A DNA stretch of 64,000 bases from an uncultured Planctomycetaceae bacterium (GCA_963785305.1 CAWAUV010000005.1:480001-544000); one strand, 5' to 3'; numbered from the stretch's first letter, positions 1 through 10,856 are shown. Translations and numbers: made by a program. Notes: a model not told the origin generated them from the sequence alone.

Positions 1-1342
1 GTCAATTGGCGCCGAAACGCGTCGGCGTCGTCGGCACGCCGGATATCACGCCTCGCCTGCGCCGCAAGGGTTATGCCTTTCAGTTCGAGGGATTCCTGCG
101 CGTGCGGGACGACGGTCTCTATACCTTGAACCTCACCGCGGCGAGCGGCGCCCGGCTCGCGATCGATGGCGAGACGGTCATCGACGCCGATGGCGATCGC
201 TCGATCGCTCGCTACTCGGGCTCGATCGCCTTGCGAGCGGGCGAGCACCCGATCCTGATCTCTTATTACAACGGCCAGGGCGCAAGAACCAGGCCGATGA
301 TTTTCTGCAGTTGGCGTGGTCTGGTCCAGGATTCGGAGCGGCTCCGATGCCCGCCTCGGCGTTTTCGCACGCCGGCGCCGGGCCCGAGCCGACACTGGCC
401 ATCGAGGCGACGATGGCCGATGGCGTTCATATGCAGCTCTCGAGTCGCGTGACCGGTGGCGCCGCCAAGCCGAAGAGCGTCCAGTACTACGCGGTCAATG
501 ATCACTTCGATTACTTTTCGCAACAAGGCTCGACATCGGCCGATTACTTCTTGGCCGAGACCAGCACTCCGGAAAGTCCGCTGCGCGTTCCCATCTGGGG
601 CGGCGAGCGGAAGGTGATTCGCGCCCGGGCGGTGCTGCCCGACTTCAGCTCGTTCGACAGCCCGCCGATCGCGATCGCGGCCACGAGCGCGTCGCTGCCC
701 GCGGATCGCAATGTCTTGCGTCCGACGGCCCTGGAGCACCATCTCTATCCGCTGAACAGCGGGGTCGAGGGCGACAGGGTGACGCTCGTCGGCGAATCGA
801 TGGGACTGCTGACCCGCGAATGCAAGGGCGATGTCACGATCGTGGCCCATCTCGCGGAGATGACCTCGAACGGGCCTCGCCCCGACGGCACGCAATTGGA
901 AGGGCCGGGCAACTGGTATTCCGGCGTCATATTGCGGCAGAATCTGAAAGAACGGCCCGGCATGCCGCTCGGCGGCAACGACATTCCGTACATCGCCCTC
1001 GTGGGCGCCGCCGATGGAACGACCCGCCGCTGCGACAGCACCCTGATCGACGGCGCCGGCAACCAGCCGTCGGGCGACATCGGTGGCGACTCGAAGTGGT
1101 TCAAGCTTTCGCGCACTGGCGCCGAGCTATCGGCCTTCATTTCCAAAGACGGCAAGGATTGGAAGCAAGTGCGAAGTTTCACGCTTCCGCAATCGTCGAA
1201 CGGCCAGCCTCATGCGGTCGCGGTTCCCGCATTGAGCGACGAACTGGAAGTCGGCTTCGTCCACTACGCCCAGCCAAGCGCCGTGCCGCTGATCCACTGG
1301 GCGACGTTCGACCATGTATCGATCACGTGCGCGGGGCGTTAG
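1..1342 (+). CDS. C-terminal part of a PA14-domain carbohydrate-active/secreted protein (5'-truncated by window; frameshift near 300-310)
   Basis: ORF 6..452 has a PA14-like pattern (YAFQFEGFLRV..DGLYTL...GARLAIDGETVID..G.IALRAGEHPI.ISYY) and continues in frame 311..1342 (WSGPG..., then a beta-sandwich-like C-terminus WFKLSRTGAELSAFISKDGKDW). Confidence 0.6.
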   Translation, partial: SIGAETRRRRRHAGYHASPAPQGLCLSVRGIPARAGRRSLYLEPHRGERRPARDRWRDGHRRRWRSLDRSLLGLDRLASGRAPDPDLLLQRPGRKNQADDFLQLAWSGPGFGAAPMPASAFSHAGAGPEPTLAIEATMADGVHMQLSSRVTGGAAKPKSVQYYAVNDHFDYFSQQGSTSADYFLAETSTPESPLRVPIWGGERKVIRARAVLPDFSSFDSPPIAIAATSASLPADRNVLRPTALEHHLYPLNSGVEGDRVTLVGESMGLLTRECKGDVTIVAHLAEMTSNGPRPDGTQLEGPGNWYSGVILRQNLKERPGMPLGGNDIPYIALVGAADGTTRRCDSTLIDGAGNQPSGDIGGDSKWFKLSRTGAELSAFISKDGKDWKQVRSFTLPQSSNGQPHAVAVPALSDELEVGFVHYAQPSAVPLIHWATFDHVSITCAGR

Positions 1343-1352
1343 GCGCCCATTT

Positions 1353-1560
1353 AGCTATTCTCTTCCTTCGTTCCGGCATTCTTTCCTTCCGCCCGGCGAA
1401 ACGACGCGGTTCTGGCGCCCCATCAGGTCGTAGCCGTAAGTGGTTTCGTTGTAATTGACATTCGGATCGCCGTCGCCCGTGGCCGGAATATTGAAATAGA
1501 CCCGCGTGGCGATCGTCTGGCCGGCGTCGTTCACGAGCGTGCTCGTCCAGCGGCTCCAGG
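1353..1560 (-). pseudogene. YD/RHS-repeat protein fragment
   Basis: Manual minus-strand translation gives TIATRVYFNIPATGDGDPNVNYNETTYGYDLMGRQNRVVSPGG, a YD-repeat; no start or full-length gene. Confidence 0.6.
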
Positions 1561-1957
1561 AGCACCGGGCAAAACTATCGCTCCGCGAAAGCCGGCCGTC
1601 GAGCCGCCGCCATCCGCCAATATCCCGCGGGAGTTACCACTCACGAACGTTCACGCGAAATTCATTGGACCACTACACAGCTCTTCGAGACCCAAAGACA
1701 GCTACTCTTGGAAAGAAGACCTTTTCACTGACTTGGGTGCAATCTCAACTCCGCCACGATGAAGCCGCTTCGTGCGAGCGATGATCAATATATCACGTTT
1801 AAATATCTGTAGATACAACGGGTCCGGTGCTCTTCCATTATGGATCGCCCGAAAAATAACTTCCCGGGAGGTTTTCCAAATGTTATTCTGAGTTTTCGTC
1901 GTCAGCCGCCGGGGCTGGGTCCGTGGGATTGATCTGGAATATAGGAGGGCCGAGCGC

Positions 1958-3371
1958 ATGTATTCCCCCGAAATCGAACACGAGATGAAGTGTTTTTATC
2001 AATCGTTGTCCGAGAAAGATCGGCGGCGGTATGCGGGAATCGAGGCGCGAAAGTTGGGTCGCGGCGGCGGGGAATATATTGCCAAGCTGTTCGACTGCGA
2101 TCCCAAAACCGTGCGGCGCGGGACGGCCGACGTCGGCCAATTGCCGCGCGATCCGGCCGCCGGACGCGTGCGTAAAAAAGGGGGGACGCAAGTGCTGTCT
2201 TGATAGCAACCCCGCCATCGCCGAAAACTTGATCGAGATCGTCGACGAACACACGGCGGGCGATCCGATGCGCGAGGACGTGACCTGGACCAATCTCACG
2301 CCCGCCGAAATCGCCACCGCCTTGGACGACCGCGGCACGCCGATCCGCGGGGATACGGTGCGCCAACTGCTCGTCGATGGCGGCTTCTCGTTGCGACGGC
2401 CCGAGAAAACGAAAGCACTCGGCGTCTGTGAATTTCGCGACGAGCAATTCGAAAAAATCGCCGCCTTGAAAGCCGAGTATCTCGACGCCGGCAACCCGGC
2501 TCTCAGCATCGACACCAAGAAAAAGGAGCCGATCGGCGAGTTTCAGCCCGACGGCCGGGCTTGGTCCGACGGCCCAAACCGCGTGCTCGACCACGACTTC
2601 AAGCGACCCGGCCAACTCCAACTGGTTCCGCATGGCATCTACGATCTGGCCACGAACCTGGGCCATATCACGCTGGGCGTGAGTCACGACACGAGCGAGT
2701 TCGTCCGCGATTGCGTCTTCGGCTGGTGGCAAACCACGGGCCAAGCGACCTATCCCCACGCCACTTCGATCCTGCTCTTTTGCGACGCGGGCGGTAGCAA
2801 TAATTGTCGGCATCGGATTTTCAAACAAGACCTGCAATGCCTGGCCAATCAGATCGGCCTGCCGATCCGCGTGGCGCATTATCTTCCTTACTGTTCCAAG
2901 TACAATCCGATCGAGCATCGCCTGTTTCCCCACGTCTCGCGCGCCTGTCGGGCATCGTGCTCCGCGGCATCGACTTGGCGAAGAAGTGTATCGAACGAAC
3001 TCATACCAGCACCGGCCTCAAAGTCTCGGTGAACATTATGGATAAGGCCTATCTTCGAGTTTCGCGTTTTTTGATAGCAATAGGCTTTTATTTCCTCGGA
3101 TTTTACGAGATTTATGCGAGCTTCCGAGAGTCATCGCAGGTTGCGTGATACGCAAAAAATGCCCACGCGTTGCGCGAAACGCCTAAAACTCACGAATAAA
3201 CGCTAATTCGAATGCTAGCACAAAGTGCGAAAGTTGAACTATCAACTGAAGCGAAAAGTAACCACCGCATTTCGCGAAATGATGCCGATCAAGTTCGACG
3301 AACAGCTACCCCTGCTAAACTACACCGCCAAACCCATGAAACAAATTCCCGGGAAGTTATTTGTCGGCTGA
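1958..3371 (+). pseudogene. ISAzo13-family DDE transposase, disrupted
   Basis: Motifs SLSEKDRRRYA, SIDTKKKE, DHDF, CDAGGSN, HY.PYCSKYNPIEHRLF; frame changes at A6G6 (2174-2185) and near 2945; C-terminus YQLKRKV..FDEQLPLLNYTAKP resumes after a 185-bp insertion. Confidence 0.85.
3054..3238. mobile_element. 185-bp non-autonomous element (MITE) with 5-bp target duplication
   Basis: CTATC at 3049-3053 and 3239-3243; imperfect IRs TTCGAGTTTCGCGTTTTTTGATAGCA / TGCTAGCACAAAGTGCGAAAGTTGAA; removing it restores the transposase frame (DKAY-QLKRK). Confidence 0.85.
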
Positions 3372-3517
3372 TCCTTTGCTCCCCGTTTTTACTCGCGTCA
3401 TCAGAAAATCTCTCGACGCGCCGCCAAAACTGCTTTCCCGAAACCGCGGCCAGCAACGCCTCACTCTGAGGTGGACCCCGTTTTTCGGACCACGGGGGCG
3501 GGTTTCTTAGATGGTGG

Positions 3518-4357
3518 TCAGCGAGGCGTTCGACGATTGCCGCGGTAGGTTTCCCAGGGCGTGCGGTTGGCCAGGCCCTGGTGAGGTCGCTCGTGGCAGT
3601 AATAGTTAAAGTACGCGCTCAGTCCTTCATGACAATCGGTTCCCGTCGTGTACTCCTTGAGGTAGATGTTCTCGTATTTCACCGTTCGCCATAGCCGCTC
3701 GATCATCACGTTGTCGATGGCTCGGCCTTTGCCGTCCATGCTGATGGCGATCGACTCCCGCTGCAGCCGCTCGGTAAATTGTCCGCTGGTGAACTGCGAG
3801 CCCTGGTCGGTGTTGAATATCTCCGGCCGTCCATGACGGAGCGCTCCTTCCAACGCTTCCAGACAGAACTCGACATCCATGCTGTTCGACAACTGCCAGG
3901 CCAGCACATAGCGGCTGAACCAATCCATCACGGCCGTCAGGTACAAGTAGCCACGCCGCATCGGCACATAGGTGATGTCGCAGGCCCAGACCTGGTTCGG
4001 ACGCACGATCTCCACGCCTCGCAACAAATACGGATAGACCTTGTGGCCAGCGGCCCGCCGGGTCGTGTTCGGCCGCGGGGCCAGCGACTGCAGGCCCATT
4101 TTCCGCAGCAATCGCTGCATTTTCTTGCGATTCACCACCTCGTCTTGTCGCGCCAGATGCAGCACCATGCCCCGGCTTCCCAGATGCGGATGCCGCAAAT
4201 ATTCTTCATCGATCAGACGCATCAACCGTAGCTCGTCGGCGCTCTCGGGTACGGGCTCGTAATAGAGGTTCGACCGATGAAGTCCCAACAGCTCGCACTG
4301 CCGACGCACGCTCAAGCCGCCGGCGTCGGGCTCGATCCAGCTTCGCCGCTCAGCCAC
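3518..4357 (-). CDS. IS3 transposase OrfB (DDE integrase core)
   Basis: NQVWACDITY, FNTDQGSQFT, DNVMIERLWRTVKYE. Confidence 0.95.
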   Translation of the reverse strand: MAERRSWIEPDAGGLSVRRQCELLGLHRSNLYYEPVPESADELRLMRLIDEEYLRHPHLGSRGMVLHLARQDEVVNRKKMQRLLRKMGLQSLAPRPNTTRRAAGHKVYPYLLRGVEIVRPNQVWACDITYVPMRRGYLYLTAVMDWFSRYVLAWQLSNSMDVEFCLEALEGALRHGRPEIFNTDQGSQFTSGQFTERLQRESIAISMDGKGRAIDNVMIERLWRTVKYENIYLKEYTTGTDCHEGLSAYFNYYCHERPHQGLANRTPWETYRGNRRTPR

Positions 4358-4643
4358 CGTTCTCGGCCACTTTTTTTTTGAGCCAATCCAGTTCGATCTT
4401 CAGCCGACCGATCTGCTCGTAAAGCTCCGCTGCGCTCGGCTCGTCCGTCGGCGCCTTCTTCGCCGAGGGCGACTCGAACACGCCCGCCGCTCCCTCCTGG
4501 AGCTGCTTCTTCCAGAGCGCGATCTGCGTCGGATGCACCTTGTGCAACGCCGCCAGCTCACTCACCGTCTTCAGGCCACGCATCGCATCCAAGGCAACCT
4601 TGGCCTTGAAAGACCCATCGAACAATCGTCGCTTCCGAGGCAT
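4350..4643 (-). CDS. IS3 transposase OrfA (HTH)
   Basis: FKAKVALDA...LYEQIGRLKIELDWLKKK; A-run slippery site at about 4370-4379. Confidence 0.9.
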   Translation of the reverse strand: MPRKRRLFDGSFKAKVALDAMRGLKTVSELAALHKVHPTQIALWKKQLQEGAAGVFESPSAKKAPTDEPSAAELYEQIGRLKIELDWLKKKVAENGG

Positions 4644-4800
4644 CGTTGCTCTCCTAAATGGTTCCCTCCACGAGGCCTCCTTTCTCCCCGATCCGCCGCC
4701 CGCTTTCCATCTATCCCCGTGGTCCGAAAAACGGGATCCACCTCACTCCACCCGGATGGAGTTTTCGGGAGGGACACGACCCTATGCCAAACAATGAGTC

Positions 4801-4836
4801 CTGACCCCTTAGAATTTTCTGACCCCTTAGAATTTT
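4801..4836. repeat. Tandem 18-bp duplication CTGACCCCTTAGAATTTT x2
   Basis: Exact repeat read at 4801-4818 and 4819-4836, at the break point of the toxin fragment. Confidence 0.8.
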
Positions 4837-4837
4837 C

Positions 4838-5467
4838 GCCGTTGCCGGTGGTCGCGAAGGTCGAAAGCGAGGGGTCGCTTGTTTGGCTGCTCGACCAACT
4901 GCTGCCGTAGCCGGGGCTGAACGCATCGTCGTAGGAATAGGTCGTGGTGTCGGATTGGCTTGTGCCCGAGCCGGCGCCGGCGGCCCATTGGCTGTCGGCC
5001 GCGGTCGTGACGAGCGATGTTTCGATCTGGTCTTGCCCGCTGGGGCCCTGGCCTTCGCTCGGATAACTGTCGCTCACGCTTTGGGAGTAGCTATCGCTCG
5101 AAGCGTCGTGCGAACCGCCGCTATCGATTCCATTGTCGGCGTCGTTTTGGCTCGAGAAATCGTGGTTGAAGTCGCGCGAGGCGAGCGTGGTCTGGATGCC
5201 CGAGCCGCTGTAGGACGCCGAGATCGAATCGTTGGCCTGGATGCCGTCATGTTCGACTTCGCTGGTGACGACGTTCCCGCTATCGATCGTTCCGGCGGCG
5301 CCGGTCGAGATCGTGTACGTGCCGTGTTGGATATATTGGTCGGCGGCGGCGTGGTGTTCGTAACCTTGGGTCGCGGAGAGATTGGTCAACACGCCGCCAT
5401 CGAAGTCGTCTTGTTCGTAGCTGTCGCTGGCGGTGTCGTTTTCCGAGCTGGCGTCGCTCGCGCTGAA
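4838..5467 (-). pseudogene. Fragment of a Ser/Thr/Asp-rich polymorphic-toxin stalk
   Basis: Ends in SSWSSSQTSDPSLSTFATTGNG, homologous to STWSSGPTSDPVVSYSTTTGNG just upstream of the HINT domain at about 7840-7910. Confidence 0.6.
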
Positions 5468-5888
5468 CGATCCGCCGCGAATGCCTCGATCACGTCATCG
5501 TGCTCGGCGAGCCACTTGAAACGCATCCTGTCCGATTACTTCGACTACTACAACAATTCAAGAACCCATCTTTCGCTCGATCGCAACCCGCCCAACCCCC
5601 GCGAGGTCGAACCGCCCGAGCGCGGTCCGGTGCGCTCCATTCCCCAAGTCGGCGGCCTCCATCATCGCTACATCCGCGCCGCTTGACGCCGCCTCGCGCC
5701 CCCATGCTTTTCAACCACAGCCAACACGCCGAAGGGAAGGCCACGCGCCAGGAGTGAAAACAGGCCCTCCGGACCCGTTTTCACTCCAACACCGGCGATT
5801 TTTCTTGAGCCGCGCCGAAACCAACCTCGCGAAATCAACCCTACTCGGCATCGTCATTCCCCTCCGACGAGGTTTTCGGGAGGGACAG
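5468..5888 (+). mobile_element. 3' remnant of an integrase-core (rve) transposase plus element end
   Basis: IRRECLDHVIVLGE..HLKRILSDYFDYYNNSRTHLSL...VGGLHHRY; terminal GTTTTCGGGAGGGACA also present at about 4761-4776. Confidence 0.75.
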
Positions 5889-5906
5889 GGGGTTGCCGGA
5901 TAGATT

Positions 5907-6503
5907 CTAATACACCAGCACAGGTGAAAATGTTGCGCCTGTAAATCCATGAGTTTGGAACAGTTCAACAAATCGCTGCGACACAAAGATTGGTGGAAAG
6001 AATTCAACAAGGCGGATCATATCGTGCTCCGCGAGCATTTCTGCTCTCAACGCAGCTTTCCAGAAACCTAGTACCCTTGGTTCTCTTGTCAGAGGATCAA
6101 TTTCGTCGTCATCCACGTCGAGCATCTTCGAGCGCTCACGATCAAGAGCCGAAATCCTCGCAATCACATTCGCGACCGCGAATCCGGCAATCTCTTCGCC
6201 TGTTGATCTGGCGACACGAATCGGTAAATACTGAACGTCGCCATTGCCAATAGCAGACTCAGTTAAGCTAGTTCGTAATGGTCTTGAGAACACAGGCCAT
6301 CCTAATGCATTTGCGAGGATGTCGTCGGGCATGCCGTCGTGTTCGGTTTTTCTAGAACTGAGCAGCGATTCTGGGTTCCAATTGTCAAGATAGTTGCCAT
6401 ATTTAAGATCAAACCAATCTCGCCCAAATAATTCCTCGTTTTCAGCTAGAAAGTAATTTGGAACGCGATTCTCTTCACCAATAATCATGTTGTACCAATT
6501 CAT
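5907..6503 (-). CDS. Immunity protein, Imm11/DUF1629-like
   Basis: Directly downstream of the toxin tip; PVFS..L...L......VQYLPI and IFVSQRFVELFQTHGFTGATF patterns; AT-richer than flanks. Confidence 0.7.
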   Translation of the reverse strand: MNWYNMIIGEENRVPNYFLAENEELFGRDWFDLKYGNYLDNWNPESLLSSRKTEHDGMPDDILANALGWPVFSRPLRTSLTESAIGNGDVQYLPIRVARSTGEEIAGFAVANVIARISALDRERSKMLDVDDDEIDPLTREPRVLGFWKAALRAEMLAEHDMIRLVEFFPPIFVSQRFVELFQTHGFTGATFSPVLVY

Positions 6504-8110
6504 CGCAGCCCTCCGTCCGAGTAGGGAAGCCGTGGATTGGCATCGAGTTCTGCGCGAAGCTTAGTTCACGCTCTAGCCAAGGCGTCTTTTGCAGCTTGGC
6601 CTGTCTTGCCGGCCAACGCTGCTTCAAGCTTCCCATAAACATATTGATGATATTCCTCGATATGCCGTCCATTATGACCTATGAGTTCCATCTTATTGAT
6701 GGCGTCACCTAGATCAATTCCGGCACGCGTAAATAGCTTCCCAAAGCTTGCGCCCCATTTTCCTTTGTTAGTTGCAATATGATGTATTTGAGATGCAGCG
6801 CTGCCTGCCACCCCGGCCATTGCAAACGCCGCGTCCAACGGTGTATTTATTGTAGCCTGCTCTAAGACCGCCTCGGCCATGTCGACTGAGTTTGTCTTGC
6901 CATCGATGATTTTCGGAATTGTTTCTTGCTTTTGCAACTCGCGTTGGGCATTGCTGTCCTCGTCGAGTTTCAGTTGCAATGCAAAAGCGCCGCCTTTCTC
7001 CTGTTCGAGGTTCGTCGCCGCTGGAGCGCCGCGCTCACACCATTTTTGTTGAACCATTGACCCCAGTTGCCGGTCGTGCCGAGGCTTGTCACTTCGCTCG
7101 TCACCGCGTCCAACGACGCCGCGGTTTTCGTGCCGTCGGGCGCAATGTGGATTACGTTGTTGCCCTGAAGAGAACCAATAAAAACCGGTGGACGATCGGC
7201 GACGCCGAACAAACTCTCTTGATAATAGACCAGTGTTACGCCATTCTTACCTTCCTCGTATGTGACATAATCATTATGCACCAGCACGCTCATCGCGCCA
7301 TCTTGGTTGGCGATGAAATAGGTGTGGCACTCGGCGACGGAGAAATTGAAAACCGGCTCGACTTCGCCATTATCGACGACTTTTAATATTTCATGCAAGC
7401 GGTTGTCGTGGCCGATGACGTGCTGACCGGGTTCGAGCTTTCGCGCTTGGAGCCAGCCGGCTTCCCTGGTCCAGATGAGATGGTTTCCTGTCGTGCGCGA
7501 GACTAGTTCGACGCCGAACTCATCGAGTACATGAACGCTGACCAGCGCCGTCGGCGGATGCTGTTTGAGCGAATCGACCACCCGACGCCGCGCGCGCGAT
7601 ACGGATCGCCATCGTCCTTGCAGAGCACTTCATCGCCCACGCGGATTTGGTCGATCCGCTTCGGCGGCGCGTCGGCCATCAGAATCAACGTGTCGGCCGT
7701 AAAGCACGCTTGCTGAGGAACCGTTTCCTCGAGCTTGAGGGTACCGGTCACGACAGGCACATTCGTCGTCAAGGGCGCGCTGAACACGACGACATGCGGA
7801 CTGACGAGCTCCACCGCGCTGGCGGGGTACTGCTGCTGGCCGCCGTTGCCGGTGGTCGTCGAGTAGCTGACCACTGGGTCGGAGGTCGGGCCGCTCGACC
7901 AAGTGCTGGTGTCGCCGGACGTGACCTCATATGCCGAGCCGGCGGTCGTGGCGTCGGACTGGGTCGTGGCCGCGCCAATCCGCCTTGCCAAGCGTCGTTC
8001 GTCGTGGTCGTGTCGACGATGGTGCTCGCCTCGTCGTTGATGTCGTAGTTCGGCCCGGTCGGAGTGAAGTTGGTCGCGGCGGAGGTCCAATCGTCGTCGT
8101 GGAGACATCA
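6500..8110 (-). CDS. Orphan polymorphic toxin C-terminal module: stalk + pretoxin HINT + AHH-type (HNH/EndoVII) nuclease; frameshifted
   Basis: HINT start ACFTADTLILMAD..KRIDQIRVGDEVL, end VFNFSVAECHTYF...VLVHN; nuclease QIHHIATNK...N..ELIGHNGRH..EYH; spread over ORFs 7503..8303, 6970..7581 and 6566..7057. Confidence 0.8.
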
Positions 8111-8159
8111 ATGAACACTGGCCCATTAGAATTGCTCGACGTTTCCGGGAGCGGCGGCG

Positions 8160-8314
8160 AACAGCCTGTTGAAAAATGCCATCGTGGCATTGTTCAAACT
8201 CGCCAAGCGCCGAGCAAAGCGCGTCGCGGCTCGCGGAATAACGACTTACGTCCTTGTTTTGACACCGCATCCATGCGGCTGCGCAGCCTGTTGAATATTT
8301 CAAAAGGCTGTTAG
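8160..8314. repeat. About 155-bp MITE-like repeat, copy 1
   Basis: TIR AACAGCCTGTTGAAA / TTTCAAAAGGCTGTT; internal sequence shared with 27967-28123 and, inverted, with 55261-55417. Confidence 0.85.
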
Positions 8315-8403
8315 GCGGCCGTCGCGATAGTGCCGACGCGGGAGCGAAAGAAACTCCCGCGCGGGCGCATCAGGCTTGTGAAAGGATCGGGCCGCGCGCG
8401 AGT

Positions 8404-9714
8404 TCACACATACATATTGATCAGATTCTCGAACAGCTCTTGCCGCCCGCTCTTGTTTTGTGCGGCTTCGCCCTTGGCGAGCATGTATTTCTCGAGCGAG
8501 GCGAAGCTGGCCTTGCCCGCTTCGATCTCGGCGCCCACGCCCTCGCCCCATGAGGCATAGCGCTCGGCTCGCAGTTTGTCGAGCGCGCCGTCGGCCCGAA
8601 TCGCGGCCGCGATCTTGAGGCCCCGGGCAAAGGCGTCCATGCCGCCGATATGGGCATGAAACAGATCGACCGGCTCGAAGCTTTCGCGGCGCACCTTGGC
8701 GTCGAAATTGATGCCGCCCGGCGCGAGGCCGCCGAACTTCAAGATCGAGAGCATGCAAGTGGCGGTCAGATAGATATCGGTGGGGAATTGATCGGTGTCC
8801 CAGCCCAGCAGCATGTCGCCGGTGTTGGCGTCCATCGAGCCCAAGAAGCCCTGGCTGCCGGCGTATTCGATTTCGTGTTGCATCGTGTGGCCGGCGAGCG
8901 TGGCGTGGTTTGTTTCGAGGTTGAGCTTGATATGTTTTTCGAGGCCGTAGGCGCGCAAGAAATTGATGCAGGCGGCGGCGTCGAAATCGTATTGATGCTT
9001 GGTCGGCTCCTTGGGCTTGGGCTCGAAATAGAACTGCCCGGTGAAGCCGATCTGCTTGGCATAGTCGACCGCCATGTGCATGAACGCGGCCAAGTGGTCG
9101 AGCTCGCGCTTCATGTCGGTGTTGAGCAGATTCTGGTAGCCTTCGCGACCACCCCAGAAGGTGTAGCCCGCGCCGCCGAGCTCCTTGGTCACTTCGATCG
9201 CCTTCTTTACTTGCGCCGCGGCGTAGGCAAAGGCGTCGGCGTTGGGGCTCGTGGCGGCGCCGTGCATATAGCGGGGATTGCTGAACAGGTTCGCCGTGCC
9301 CCAGAGTAGCTTGACGCCGGTGCGATCTTGTTCTTCCTTGAGCGCGCGGACCACGGAGTCGAGGTTCTTATTGCTTTCGGCGAGCGTCTTGCCCTCGGGC
9401 GCCACATCGCGGTCGTGGAAGCAGTAGAACGGCGCGCCGAGCTTTTCGATGAATTCGAACGCCACGCGCACCCGCGCCACGGCGCTCTCGACCGTGTCTT
9501 GGCCGGATTCCCAGGGGCGGATCATGGTGCCGGGGCCAAACGGATCGCCGCCCGTGCCGCGGAACGTGTGCCAATAAGCGACCGCGAAGCGAAAGTGATC
9601 TCGCATCGACTTGCCTTCGACCATTTCGTTTTCATCGTAATGGCGGAAAGCGAGCGGATTCTTGCTCTTCGGTCCCTCGAACTTGATCTTCGAAATTTCG
9701 GCAAAGGCGGTCAT
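8404..9714 (-). CDS. xylA: Xylose isomerase
   Basis: [58 protein letters not shown]. Confidence 0.98.
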   Translation of the reverse strand: MTAFAEISKIKFEGPKSKNPLAFRHYDENEMVEGKSMRDHFRFAVAYWHTFRGTGGDPFGPGTMIRPWESGQDTVESAVARVRVAFEFIEKLGAPFYCFHDRDVAPEGKTLAESNKNLDSVVRALKEEQDRTGVKLLWGTANLFSNPRYMHGAATSPNADAFAYAAAQVKKAIEVTKELGGAGYTFWGGREGYQNLLNTDMKRELDHLAAFMHMAVDYAKQIGFTGQFYFEPKPKEPTKHQYDFDAAACINFLRAYGLEKHIKLNLETNHATLAGHTMQHEIEYAGSQGFLGSMDANTGDMLLGWDTDQFPTDIYLTATCMLSILKFGGLAPGGINFDAKVRRESFEPVDLFHAHIGGMDAFARGLKIAAAIRADGALDKLRAERYASWGEGVGAEIEAGKASFASLEKYMLAKGEAAQNKSGRQELFENLINMYV

Positions 9715-9923
9715 GGCTATTTCGGCTTCTCTGGGGGTGGCGAATGCGGTTGGATGCGATGCGTGAAAACGTGCCCTATGGTGGCACAATCGCGGCGTTT
9801 CGGCAAGCCGCCGCCCGCGGAGGAAACCGGCGCCGGTTCACTCGCCGCCGGGCGCCGCTTGTCTTCTCGCCCGGCTGGCCGCGAGGAGCGGGAAAATGCC
9901 GAACCAATCGCCCGATTCGGCCG

Positions 9924-10842
9924 CTAGCCGCCTGTTGGAATATTCAACAGGCGGCTACGAGGCGTCGTCTTTGGGGTGGTCGAGCACTTGCACCATTTGC
10001 GCCGAGAAACAGGAGCGTGCTGGCGTAGTAAACCCAGACCATCATCGCCAGAAACGCGCCGATCACGCCATAGGTGCTGTAGTTGGCGCGGCCGATCACA
10101 TAGGCCAACATTCGGCGGCCGACTTCCCACACCAGGGCCACGAACGCTCCGCCGACCAAGGCATGGGGCCAGCGCACCGAGGGGCGCGGCAATATCTTGT
10201 ACAGCGAGGCGAACACCAGCGCATTGATGGCGATCGTGATCGGAGTTTGAAGCTCATCCCATCCAGAGATGTTCATATGATGGTGGCTGGCCCAATCGCG
10301 CACCACGGTGAACACAATGCCCGCGAAGAATAGAATCACGATCAGCAGTCCGAGCGCGAGCAGCACCAAAAACGCTTTCAACCGATTCGTGAGCACATCG
10401 AACAGGACCGACCACCAGCCGTGGACGACGGGTGTCTGGTCATGCCAAATACGGCTAAACGCGGCGTCGAGTTGGCTGAAGATGCCGATCGCGCCGAAGA
10501 GCAGCGTCACCAAGCCCAGCGGACCGCCGACCGTGGCGTTGAGTTTCACTTCCCGCAGAATCTGCTCGACACCCTCGGCTTGGGCCGACGATGTATTGCG
10601 CTCCACGAGCAAGGCGACAATCTGTTGCTGTGCGCCTTCGGCGAACTGTTGGCGCTTTCGGCGAATCCAGGCGAATAACGAAGCGCGAAGCCCAGCGCCG
10701 AAATGAGCACCAGCAAGAGCGGAAAAAACGACAGCGCCGCATAATACGACATGGCCGCCGCCAGGACCTGACCCTCGTTGCGACTCCAACGCGCGAACGT
10801 CTCGTGAATCACCGGCCAAATGCGAGGCAATGGGTTCTTCAT
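9924..10842 (-). CDS. YihY/virulence factor BrkB family membrane protein (frameshifted)
   Basis: LAAAMSYYAALSFFPLLL, FSQLDAAFSRIW, STYGVIGAFLAMMVWVYY. Confidence 0.85.
9925..9957. repeat. Palindromic short form of the MITE end (possible terminator)
   Basis: TAGCCGCCTGTTG-GAATATT-CAACAGGCGGCTA, 13-bp perfect stem. Confidence 0.7.
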
Positions 10843-10856
10843 GCTCGACGCTCGCT

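Larger units (their letters stand above)
1842..3374 (+). mobile_element. ISAzo13-family insertion sequence, interrupted by a MITE
   Basis: 28-bp imperfect terminal IRs GGATCGCCCGAAAAATAACTTCCCGGGA (1842-1869) and TCCCGGGAAGTTATTTGTCGGCTGATCC (3347-3374) enclose an ISAzo13-type transposase. Confidence 0.85.
3467..4745 (-). mobile_element. IS3-family insertion sequence (complete)
   Basis: TG...CA ends, IRs TGAGGTGGACCCCGTTTTTCGGACCACGGGG / CCCCGTGGTCCGAAAAACGGGATCCACCTCA, 3-bp duplication CTC (3464-3466, 4746-4748). Confidence 0.95.

Noticed and set aside
7270..7712. Canonical intein in a housekeeping gene
   Set aside because: HN is followed by Asp and the context is toxin plus immunity, which fits a pretoxin HINT domain
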